This document shows, in pieces, positions 17,852 to 26,668 of a stretch of 64,000 nucleotides of DNA. A model generated the notes under the pieces. That model saw nothing but the letters and a program-made list of their open reading frames with translations. It did not search any database and was not told where the DNA came from. This DNA is from Candidatus Eiseniibacteriota bacterium. GTDB lineage: Bacteria > Eisenbacteria > RBG-16-71-46 > JABDJR01. Both the position numbers and the translations under genes were made by a program. The first letter of the stretch is position 1. Each line of letters begins with the position of its first letter. The stretch covers positions 832,001 through 896,000 of the forward strand of contig CAVXKA010000001.1 of NCBI GenBank assembly GCA_963762255.1, written 5' to 3'.

Positions 17852-18126
17852 GTAACAAGAAGCCCCGTAGGTTGCAGAGCGAAGAAGCTGAGCGAAAGTA
17901 CTGGGAAGTGCATGAATCGACCCAGCAGGTGGATTGGTCCAAGGCCGAGCGCATCACCCTGTCCAACCTCAAGCCTTCAGTAAAGACGATCTCCCTGCGC
18001 ATCCCCGAATCGATGCTGGAGAAACTGAAGCTGCTCGCCAACCAGCGGGACGTGCCGTATCAATCACTGATCAAGGTGTTCCTGGCCGAGCGGATTCGCA
18101 AGGAATTGAAAGGCCAGGGCGCCTAG
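17848..18126 (+). CDS. brnA: BrnA/CopG-like antitoxin
   Basis: SEEAERKYWEVH...KTISLRIPESML...VPYQSLIKVFL. Confidence 0.82.
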   Translation: MSNKKPRRLQSEEAERKYWEVHESTQQVDWSKAERITLSNLKPSVKTISLRIPESMLEKLKLLANQRDVPYQSLIKVFLAERIRKELKGQGA

Positions 18127-18290
18127 CGGAGCCGCGTCGTGGGAGAGGCCGTTGCTCACCCGGGTGAGCAATCGCCCCCGGACGCCCCGGTTCAGCGACG
18201 GCCGCGGAGCGGACCGTCCGGCCAATCGGCCGTCAGCCGGCCTCTTGTCACATTGCAGCGTCCGCAGATCGGCAGTGATATCAACAACCG

Positions 18291-19337
18291 TTATGGCGTG
18301 ATAGCGACCTTGAGTACGCCGTCACGTTGGTTCACGAACAGGTCGTAGGCTTCTTCAATCTTTGCGAGCGGAAACCGGTGGGTAACCAGGGGCCGCAGGT
18401 CTGCTCGTTCGGCGGCCAGGACGTTCAACAGTCGGCGCATCCGCTCCTTCCCTCCCGGGCAAAGAGTCGTCACGACCGTGTGGTCGCCGAGCCCTGCCGC
18501 GAAGGCGTCCAGCGGTAGCGTGAGCTTGCCAGAGTAGACACCCAAACTCGAGAGCACGCCACCTGGCCGCAGGACGCGCAGACAGTTCTCGAACGTCGCT
18601 TGCGTGCCCAGCGCCTCGATCGCAACGTCCACCCCGCGCTGGCCGGTAGCCTCCAGGATCGCCTGAACCGGATCGCGCTCCTGGTAGTTGATGATGACGT
18701 CGGCACCCAGTTGGCGAGACATGGCGAGCCGCTCCGGCACCGAATCGACGCTGAAGATCCGGGTCGCGCCCATGAGCTTCGCGCCGACCGTTGCACAGAG
18801 CCCGATCGGGCCCTGCGCGAATACCGCGACGGTGTCCCCGATTCGGATCTGACCACTCTCCGCACCGCCGAAGCCTGTGCTCATGATGTCGGGGCACATG
18901 AGCACCTGCTCGTCGGTCAAGTGATCGGGGATCGGCTCCATGTTGGCCGTGGCCTCGGGAATCAGTACATACTCGGCCTGGCAACCATCAATGGAGTTGC
19001 CGAGCCGCCAGCCACCCATCGCCTTGCCGCCGCACTGGGCCTGTTTCCCGTCGAGGCATGCGTGGCACTGCCCGCAAGGAGTAATTGCGCCGGCGATCAC
19101 ACGCTGGCCGATCTCATAGCCCGTGACCGCCTCCCCGAGTTCCTCGATGATACCCACCGGCTCATGACCTACGGTAAGCCCTCGAGCGACTGGATACTCA
19201 CCCTTAAGAATGTGCACGTCGGTACCGCAGATCGTGGTGGTCGTCACCCGCAGCAGTGCGTCGCGCGGCCCCACCTCGGGAACAGCCTTGTCCACCAAGA
19301 CAATGCGGCCGGCCTCAGCAAAAACAGCCGCCTTCAT
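18291..19337 (-). CDS. Zn-dependent alcohol dehydrogenase
   Basis: ICGTD, GHEPVG, CGQCHAC...C, QGPIG. Alternative start at 19382. Confidence 0.93.
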   Translation of the reverse strand: MKAAVFAEAGRIVLVDKAVPEVGPRDALLRVTTTTICGTDVHILKGEYPVARGLTVGHEPVGIIEELGEAVTGYEIGQRVIAGAITPCGQCHACLDGKQAQCGGKAMGGWRLGNSIDGCQAEYVLIPEATANMEPIPDHLTDEQVLMCPDIMSTGFGGAESGQIRIGDTVAVFAQGPIGLCATVGAKLMGATRIFSVDSVPERLAMSRQLGADVIINYQERDPVQAILEATGQRGVDVAIEALGTQATFENCLRVLRPGGVLSSLGVYSGKLTLPLDAFAAGLGDHTVVTTLCPGGKERMRRLLNVLAAERADLRPLVTHRFPLAKIEEAYDLFVNQRDGVLKVAITP

Positions 19338-19413
19338 CGTGCGGCTACGCCGCCCTGATTGCATACGATTGAGGTGCGTCATTGTTCGCCTCGTGTCAGA
19401 AATGTCTGTCCGC

Positions 19414-19848
19414 CTAACGGCCCGCGTAACCCGCGGGCGGGACCGGCGCAGTCGCCATGACCGCCTGCATCTGTGCCGTGTCTACGTACTGCTGGAAGCT
19501 CGACAGCTTGCCGTCCCGAAAGCGCAGAACGTGACACGCCTGAGCATCGATGCTCTTGCCGGAAGCTTGGTAGGTGCCGGTGTAGCGGCCTTCCATCACG
19601 ACGTGTTCGCCGGCGTCGTGGAGTTCGCGTACGGTGATCGCGAAGCCGTCCCACTCCGAACCGAGCCGCATGAAGAGATTCTCAAGCACGGCCTGGGGCC
19701 CGATCCACGCCGCACCATCCGGCTTGTACGGATTGCCCTCGGCCTCCCGCCATTGGATTTCAGGATGGAACCCGGCCAGCACAGTCGGGATGTCACCGCG
19801 CGCGAACGCGGCATACAGGTCTTTCGCGAACTGAACATTGCTCATCAT
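19414..19848 (-). CDS. SnoaL-like / NTF2-family protein
   Basis: YAAFARGDI...FQQYVDT; AGGAGG RBS. Confidence 0.88.
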   Translation of the reverse strand: MMSNVQFAKDLYAAFARGDIPTVLAGFHPEIQWREAEGNPYKPDGAAWIGPQAVLENLFMRLGSEWDGFAITVRELHDAGEHVVMEGRYTGTYQASGKSIDAQACHVLRFRDGKLSSFQQYVDTAQMQAVMATAPVPPAGYAGR

Positions 19849-19879
19849 GAACTCCTATCCTCCTTGCGTTCCCCGAACG

Positions 19880-21568
19880 CTACTTCACGAACAGCATCCG
19901 CCGCGTCTCGTCGAAATGTCCCGCCCGAACGCGATAGAAATACACACCCGCGGGAGACGGAACGCCCGATGCGTCAACGCCGTCCCAGTTGAGTATCGTG
20001 GTGCCGCTGCCGGAGGATCCCTCGTAGCGGCGCACCAATCTCCCGCGGATGTCGAAGATGGAAACCGAGTAGTCGCCTGCTTCCGGCAGATCGAAGGCGA
20101 TGGCGGTGCGCGCGGAGAACGGGTTCGGCGCATTCTGCCTCACCGCGAACGCGACCGGGCGTCCTGGATCACCGGGGCCGACGCCGGTGGTCGCCAGGTA
20201 CTCGAACCCGGTGGCGAGCGTATCGCGCGCGCCTTCCACGTCCACGATCACGTCCACCGGACCGCTCGCGCCCAGCATGGCCTGGGGAAGCGCGCAGGTC
20301 ATGATCGAGTCGCTGGGGCACTGCACGTCGGCGGCCGATGCGCCGCCGAAGGACACCGCGCGCGCGTACGCGGACGAGATTCCGAAGTTCTCACCCCGAA
20401 TGGTGATCACCGTGCCGCCGCCGATCGGGCCCATGTTGGGGGTGACGTCGAACACCTCGGGGGGCATCCACTTGATTGGGTAGCACACTTCGCTGACGCC
20501 CGGCAGCTCCAGACAGAGTGGCTCGCTGCCGCCGGGCACGCCGGGTAGGCCATCCACCACGAACGAGCTATGCCCTCCGTAGCTGAGCTCGCCGACGGGC
20601 ACGCCGCCCACGCTCGTGGAACGCTGCGCGCCGGAGCTGCCGAAGTTCTGCCCCTGGATGGTGAGGCGCACGCCACCTCGCGCGGGCATGAGCGAGGGCT
20701 CAATGCCGGTGATGACCGGTGAATCGTACGTGAAGAGCTTGGGTTGGGATGACGTCGATCCCGCGAACACCACGAGTTCGCCCGCGCCGGGATCATCCTC
20801 CGGCGTCGTGCACACGAGCATCGTCTTCTCTCGGGTGGAGCATGATGCGGGTTTGTTCTTGATCGTCACCGACGCGTCGGGGCCGAAGTTGTCTCCGACG
20901 ATCGTGATGACGGTGCCGCCCGCGGTTGGTGCATTCGGCGGGATGATCGATGACACCAGCGGCGGGTCGAAGTCGAAGGCGAAGCTGTTGGATAGCTGCC
21001 CGCTCACTGCGACTTGCAACGCCACGCGCGTGTTGGCGGTGCCGGCCGGGGTCACGCAAGTGATCATCGAGTGGCTCAGATGCTGCACGTTGCTTCCCGG
21101 CAGGCCGCCGAGCGTGACCGAGGTGGGGGCCGATGCGCGGCCGAAGTCCTGGCCGGTGATCGTGATGAGCACGCCACCCGCTGCGGGCGACGCGCCCGGA
21201 GTGACTAGACTGATGCTCGGCGAGTCGAACGTGAACGGCTCCGGCGGAGAAGATTCTCCGGTCGAGGAAAGCACGACGACATCTCTCGCGCCGGGATCGC
21301 CCTCCGGGCACGTGCAGATGATGCGCGAGAGACCCCAGTCGGTGACCTCGGCGCTCGTGCCGCCCACCGTCACCGTGCCGGCGTCGGCCGCGAAGTCCGA
21401 TCCGAAGATCGTGATCGGGAAGCCGCCGACGGTCGGGCCGTTGGTCGGAGAGATGCCGACGATCGAAGGCGGTGCGGCGTCGGCGGGCGCCACAACAGAC
21501 GGCGCCAGCGAAGCGATGAGAGCGAACGCGAACAGGAACGCGACGCGAGTCGTGACAAAGCGGCGCAT
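19880..21568 (-). CDS. Secreted IPT/TIG-repeat protein with FlgD-Ig/T9SS-like C-terminal domain
   Basis: Signal peptide; five P.I..I.P..GP..GG..ITI.G.NF repeats; QNAPNPF...IFDIRGRLVR...WDG...AGVYFYRV. Confidence 0.9.
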   Translation of the reverse strand: MRRFVTTRVAFLFAFALIASLAPSVVAPADAAPPSIVGISPTNGPTVGGFPITIFGSDFAADAGTVTVGGTSAEVTDWGLSRIICTCPEGDPGARDVVVLSSTGESSPPEPFTFDSPSISLVTPGASPAAGGVLITITGQDFGRASAPTSVTLGGLPGSNVQHLSHSMITCVTPAGTANTRVALQVAVSGQLSNSFAFDFDPPLVSSIIPPNAPTAGGTVITIVGDNFGPDASVTIKNKPASCSTREKTMLVCTTPEDDPGAGELVVFAGSTSSQPKLFTYDSPVITGIEPSLMPARGGVRLTIQGQNFGSSGAQRSTSVGGVPVGELSYGGHSSFVVDGLPGVPGGSEPLCLELPGVSEVCYPIKWMPPEVFDVTPNMGPIGGGTVITIRGENFGISSAYARAVSFGGASAADVQCPSDSIMTCALPQAMLGASGPVDVIVDVEGARDTLATGFEYLATTGVGPGDPGRPVAFAVRQNAPNPFSARTAIAFDLPEAGDYSVSIFDIRGRLVRRYEGSSGSGTTILNWDGVDASGVPSPAGVYFYRVRAGHFDETRRMLFVK

Positions 21569-21647
21569 GATGGTTTTCCTCTCAGGGGGACAATGCGGCG
21601 ACCGGGATAAAATAAGACCAAAATAGTAGCTAATACTGGGGCCGGCG

Positions 21648-23708
21648 TCAATCCCCTTGCGAGGCAAGCAGTTCCAGCATCTGCCGGGCCTCAGCGGAAC
21701 GCGGGTCTGCGGGGGCCGTGGCCAGAAAGTTCTCGAGGCTTCGCCGTGCCCGCGCCGGGTCGCGCACCGCGGGATGGAGCGCGAAGAGGAAGCCCTCGGC
21801 GCGCAGCACCTCGGGATCGGGCTGGAACGCGGCGTCGCCGGCCGGCCGGAGATCTGGCTGAAACTCCGAGTCGCTCAGCGGCCGCGCGTCGGGCGGCAGA
21901 CCGCTCGCATCGTGCCGGTCGAAGAACGCAATCAGCCTCGCGAACCCCGGGTGCTCCGCGGGCGTGATGTCGAACGCCTCGGGGCGGCAGAGATGGATCG
22001 CCGTGCGCGCGGCCAACTCGGCGAAGCGCGCGCGCGCGTCGGCCTCGAAGCTCCACGGATCGTAGCGGCGGAAGTAACTCTCGGTCTTCATCGCGGCGAA
22101 GAGATCGAGCGCGAGCATGGCCTGCTCACGCGGGCCGGGGGCCTGGTCCAGCCGGCTGGACCGCGCGCTGCTGTCCGCGGCCCCGCGTGCGTACGTCCGC
22201 AGCACGAACCCGGTCGGCGCGATCTCGTAGCGGGCCGCGTAGCTCGCTTCCTTGAGCCCCAAGAGCGTCACCAGACGCTTCCCCTCGAGGTGCTCGATCC
22301 ACGCGAGGTTGCCGCTCTGCGGCGTGCCGTCGTAACGGTCCTCGCGTCCGAGCGGCGACGGCAGCAGATCCGGATCGCGCCGTCGCAATGTGCGCACGTA
22401 CCACGCGAAGGTGAGCTTCTCCTGGTCCACCACCGCGACGTCGGGGCGCTCACCTTCGACAAGCTGAAGATACGCGAGTCCGTTGTGGAAGAGATCGCCC
22501 TGCGTGAAGAGCACGCCGCGCTCGGGCACGGAAGCAAGCACGCCGCGACACAGGTCCTCGGTGAGCGTGTTTCCACGTTGATCGACTGCGCGGTAGTGCG
22601 CCGCCACCGGCCACGCAAAGGCCGCCACGACCAGGACCGCAGCGGTCGCGCGCCGCCCGCCACCGCGAAGGCGTTCCAGCACGAAGGCCGCACCGAGCCC
22701 CGCTGTCAACGCGAGCACCACGTTCGGCAGGATGTAGAAACGCTCCACGACGCCGCGGAAGATGAGCGGATGCGACGGGAACCCGACCCGGGTGAAGAAG
22801 AACGTCTGCAGCAGCAGGAAGATGAGGATGATCCCGCCGAGCGCTCGGTGCTTGCGCGCCAGCGCGACCGCGCCGACGAGAGCAAGCGCTACCCCAAGCC
22901 ACGTGAACCCCTGAGGGAGTGACTGAAGATAGAGGAGCACGTGACTATGGTCGGCCGCGTGCCCCGCCTGCTCGGGATCCAGACGAAACGTGCCGTAGTC
23001 ACGGCGAAGCAGCACGCGCAGAAACGAATCCAGCGAGCGCGGATCGCCCCAGTTGAGCGCCGGATTGCGGAGCGCGGCCCACGGAAGATAGAGGAGAGGC
23101 GCCAGGCCGATCGCGGCGCCAAGCGCGCCTACGCCCAGAACCCGCCTGCGGCCGGTCAGTGCCGTCGCTACCGCCACCGGCAGCGCCAGCAGCACGAGCG
23201 TGTGGTGATGCGACAGAAGTAGCGTGCACAAGAGCCCGATGCCGAATGCCACCGCCGGCCGCGGCGACTCAGGCCAGCGGACGAACAGCCAGAGCAGCAA
23301 CGCTGCGAGAAGCGCATTCGGGGCGAACACCTCGGCGACCAGCGCGTATTTCCAGAGCGGCGCGGAGAACGCGAGAAGGAACGCGGCCACCAACCCCGCT
23401 GCTGTCGACCGCGTTAGTCGCCGCACAGCATCGGCCAGGAGCACCGCCGCCACCGCCGCGCACGCTGCGGAGAGCAAGTTCATGCGCGTCGCCACCGAAC
23501 CGATCGGCACCAGCGTGATCCAGAGGTGGCCGAGCATCGTGAAGAGGGGATAGCCGGGTGGATGGGCAACGCCCAATGTCTTCGCCACCGTGATCAGTTC
23601 GCCCGAGTCTCCGCCCGGCACCGAGCGCTGCAAGGTGGCCGCGTAAACCGCGAGCGGAATCGCACCCGCAGCCACCAAGAGAGGAAGGACGATGCGTCGT
23701 TCGTTCAC
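21648..23708 (-). CDS. DUF2723 / TMEM260-like GT-C membrane glycosyltransferase
   Basis: GDSGELI...LGVAHPPGYPLF, AEVFA, multiple TM helices. The start codon is uncertain. Confidence 0.85.
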   Translation of the reverse strand: MNERRIVLPLLVAAGAIPLAVYAATLQRSVPGGDSGELITVAKTLGVAHPPGYPLFTMLGHLWITLVPIGSVATRMNLLSAACAAVAAVLLADAVRRLTRSTAAGLVAAFLLAFSAPLWKYALVAEVFAPNALLAALLLWLFVRWPESPRPAVAFGIGLLCTLLLSHHHTLVLLALPVAVATALTGRRRVLGVGALGAAIGLAPLLYLPWAALRNPALNWGDPRSLDSFLRVLLRRDYGTFRLDPEQAGHAADHSHVLLYLQSLPQGFTWLGVALALVGAVALARKHRALGGIILIFLLLQTFFFTRVGFPSHPLIFRGVVERFYILPNVVLALTAGLGAAFVLERLRGGGRRATAAVLVVAAFAWPVAAHYRAVDQRGNTLTEDLCRGVLASVPERGVLFTQGDLFHNGLAYLQLVEGERPDVAVVDQEKLTFAWYVRTLRRRDPDLLPSPLGREDRYDGTPQSGNLAWIEHLEGKRLVTLLGLKEASYAARYEIAPTGFVLRTYARGAADSSARSSRLDQAPGPREQAMLALDLFAAMKTESYFRRYDPWSFEADARARFAELAARTAIHLCRPEAFDITPAEHPGFARLIAFFDRHDASGLPPDARPLSDSEFQPDLRPAGDAAFQPDPEVLRAEGFLFALHPAVRDPARARRSLENFLATAPADPRSAEARQMLELLASQGD

Positions 23709-23764
23709 GACGCGGGAGTATACCGGCTTGCCCAAACCGGGCCGCAGCGGGATCATCGCCGGCC

Positions 23765-24985
23765 ATGGCATCGCTCCCCCTCGCACCCCTCGTCATCTTC
23801 GCCGCGACCTATTTGGGCCTGGCTCTCGGCCGGATCCCCGGACTCGCGGTGGACCGCACCGGCATCGCGCTCCTGGGTGCGGTGGCCATGCTCGCCGCTC
23901 GCACTGTGACCGTCGAAGAAGCCAAGGCCGCGGTGGACGCGCCCACCATGATCCTCCTCTTCGGGATGATGGTGCTCTCCGCTCAGTACCGGCTCGCCGG
24001 CCTCTACGATGCGATCGCGCGGCGGCTGGCGGGCGCGCCGAGCCCTCGGCGCATGCTCGCCGGCGTGATCGTCGCCGCGGCGATGCTGAGCGCGGTGCTC
24101 ACCAACGACGTCGTTTGCTTCGCGCTCACCCCGGTTCTTGTGGTCGGGCTCAAGGGAGCGGGTCTCAACCCGCTGCCGTACCTGCTGGCGCTCGCATGCG
24201 CCACCAACATCGGAAGCGCGGCCACTCCCATAGGCAACCCGCAGAACATCCTCATTTCGCAGAAGATGGGGCTCGCGTTCGGACCGTTCGTTCTGCACTG
24301 CATCGTCCCGGTTCTGCTCTCGCTGGTGGCGCTCTATTTGATGATCGTGCGGTCGGTGCCGAAGGTCATGCCCGCGCGCACTCTCGCGACCGAATCGTTC
24401 GAAACGCAACCGCTCCAGCGCGGCCAGGCTGCCAAGGCGATCGCCCTCACCGCGGGTGCAATAGCGCTCTTCCTCACCCCGGTTCCTGCGGCGCTCACCG
24501 CGATGGCGGTGGCCGGCGTGATCCTGGCCAGCCGTCGCATGCACACGCGCACCGTGCTGGGTCTGGTGGACTGGCATCTGCTCGCGCTCTTCGTGGGGCT
24601 GTTCGTGGTGGTGCGAGGACTGGAGGCGTCTGGGTGGGTCGGGGCCGCCGCGCGGCTTCTCGCGGTGTGGGGCGCCGACCTTGCCGTGCCGACGGTATCC
24701 ATCCCCGTAGTGGCGGTGCTCGGCAACCTCGTCGGCAACGTCCCCGCGGTAATGCTGCTCTTGCCGCTCACGCCGCCCGAGCCGATCGCCGGCTACGCGC
24801 TCGCGCTGGCGAGTACCCTCGCCGGCAACGCGGTCATCGTCGGCAGCATCGCCAACATCATCGTCGCGGATCACGCGGAGCGTGAAGGAGTCCGGTTCGG
24901 GTTCCGTGAGCACCTGCGCGTCGGGTTACCTATCACGCTGGTCTCGCTCGCGCTGGCGGTGGGGACCATGGTCTGGTGGAAATGA
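23765..24985 (+). CDS. ArsB/NhaD/SLC13-family anion transporter
   Basis: DRTGIAL, LTND, NIGSAATPIGNPQN, NVPAV, GSIAN. Confidence 0.9.
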   Translation: MASLPLAPLVIFAATYLGLALGRIPGLAVDRTGIALLGAVAMLAARTVTVEEAKAAVDAPTMILLFGMMVLSAQYRLAGLYDAIARRLAGAPSPRRMLAGVIVAAAMLSAVLTNDVVCFALTPVLVVGLKGAGLNPLPYLLALACATNIGSAATPIGNPQNILISQKMGLAFGPFVLHCIVPVLLSLVALYLMIVRSVPKVMPARTLATESFETQPLQRGQAAKAIALTAGAIALFLTPVPAALTAMAVAGVILASRRMHTRTVLGLVDWHLLALFVGLFVVVRGLEASGWVGAAARLLAVWGADLAVPTVSIPVVAVLGNLVGNVPAVMLLLPLTPPEPIAGYALALASTLAGNAVIVGSIANIIVADHAEREGVRFGFREHLRVGLPITLVSLALAVGTMVWWK

Positions 24986-25154
24986 CGACGCGGCAGCGGG
25001 TTGGCGGCGGAGCTTGAACTGACCCCCGTTCGGGACTACGCTGGGGTCACTTCGGATAGAGCGCTCCTGCCTTGAGCGCGAACGGCAAGGAGGCCAGACC
25101 CCTCGGCTTCCCCCGGCAGGTTCCAGACTAATCGGGCTTGGAAGGGGGCGGATC

Positions 25155-26486
25155 ATGGATCGCGCCCGTGCTTCCATTCTGTTGCTCGCAGTGTTCTTCG
25201 TCCTGGGTGTTCTCGGTGCGTCTCCCGCCGTCGCGTCGGACCGCGTCGATCCGTTGGCATTCCTAAGGCGCGCAAGCGCGTCGGGGATGCTCGATAACCA
25301 ACCCAATGCGCGTCTCGTCGCGCACGTCGTCCCCGCCGCCGCCGGTCTCGACAGCGCCGCGGCGTGCGGCCATCTGACCCCGATCGATTGCCGTTGGGGC
25401 GAGAAGACCTTCGTCACCGAAGCGCCGCTCTCCTCCGCGGAGACGCCCAACTTCTGGGTCTATCTGATCGTCACGAACTACGACACCCAATTGGGCATCG
25501 CCGGCGTCCAGTACGGAATCGAGTTCGATGGCCGGAGTCTTCAGGGAGTGGACGTCCTCGACTACACCTCGTGCAGCCATCTCGATTTCCGATCCGACAA
25601 TTTCCCCACCGACGCGGGGAGTTGGAACACCCAGGTCTGGGTGCCGGACTGGGCCAATGATCCGCGCTATCCGTGCGAGCACTCGGGATTCACGGTGGTG
25701 GGGTGCTTCACGGTGTCGGCCGCGAGCCCCGATCTGTTTGAGGTCTTGCCCCGGCAGGTGGATCGCGCGCTCAAGGTCGCCGACTGCGTACACGGCGCGG
25801 AGACGACGCTTTCCGCGGACGCCGCCGGCGCGATCGCGTTCGGCGGTGCGCTCGGCCGCGATCCGTGCTCCGGTCAGCCGGCCGAACCCGGCTCGCCCGT
25901 CCTGGATCCGCTGCCGCTCCTGATGGGTCACGCCGTGCCGATGGAGGACACTCCCGACATGAGCTGTGGCATGCCCCCCGAATTCCCCTGCGTCCAGGGT
26001 GAATCGCATGCCGGGACTCGAATCTCCCTGACAGGGGGAGCGACGACCTACGCATACGTCTACGTGTTCACGTCCTCTCTGCCGGACGACCTGCGCGCGG
26101 GGCGCGTGGGGTTCTACCCCATGACGACCGGAGGAGTGCGCATCGAGAGCTGGCTACCCTGCGCCGATTCCGAGATGACCCTTGCGGGGCCCGTGGTGTC
26201 CTACTGGAACACCGATGTCTGCCATGCAGGCGAGCGACGGCTGGCAGGGATTCTCTCGGTGAGCGCGACCGGCCCGGGAGAGGTGCGACTCGAACGCGTC
26301 TGGATCCAGGTCACGCGCTGCGACGGATCCCGATATGGCGAGTATGGCCCTCCCGCGTTCTCCGTCGGCTTCGGAGACGTCGAAGGCTCCGACCCCTGCG
26401 TCGAGCACGGCGTCGTCGCGCTGACTCCCAGCCGGGCCACGCAGCCCGCGACGTGGGGGCGAATCAAGACCATGTTCGGGAGCTAG
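25155..26486 (+). CDS. Secreted protein with two Cys-rich domains and a C-terminal TWGRIK tail
   Basis: Signal peptide ending AVA; two units each ending FG...G.DPC; C-terminus QPATWGRIKTMFGS. Confidence 0.8.
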   Translation: MDRARASILLLAVFFVLGVLGASPAVASDRVDPLAFLRRASASGMLDNQPNARLVAHVVPAAAGLDSAAACGHLTPIDCRWGEKTFVTEAPLSSAETPNFWVYLIVTNYDTQLGIAGVQYGIEFDGRSLQGVDVLDYTSCSHLDFRSDNFPTDAGSWNTQVWVPDWANDPRYPCEHSGFTVVGCFTVSAASPDLFEVLPRQVDRALKVADCVHGAETTLSADAAGAIAFGGALGRDPCSGQPAEPGSPVLDPLPLLMGHAVPMEDTPDMSCGMPPEFPCVQGESHAGTRISLTGGATTYAYVYVFTSSLPDDLRAGRVGFYPMTTGGVRIESWLPCADSEMTLAGPVVSYWNTDVCHAGERRLAGILSVSATGPGEVRLERVWIQVTRCDGSRYGEYGPPAFSVGFGDVEGSDPCVEHGVVALTPSRATQPATWGRIKTMFGS

Positions 26487-26519
26487 GCTGCGGCCAGCCA
26501 CCGGACCAAGGGCCAAGAA

Positions 26520-26563
26520 GGAAAAAGAAAGCGGGCGGACGTGTCTCGCAACGCCCGCCCGCT
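26520..26563 (-). terminator. Rho-independent terminator
   Basis: AGCGGGCGG / CCGCCCGCT stem with TTCTTTTT on the minus strand. Confidence 0.65.
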
Positions 26564-26668
26564 CTCAGGGGATGTTCGATGCCTTGCAGCGTCCGCGCCT
26601 TCGCCAGTGGGGACTCCGGCGCCGACCGGTCGGTCTAGCCAGGCTTTACAGGAACGCCCCCCTTTTCA

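Noticed and set aside
19412-19440. GCCTAACGGCCCG resembling the attC2/5 start
   Set aside because: It overlaps the stop of a minus-strand gene, and no L/R' arm follows.
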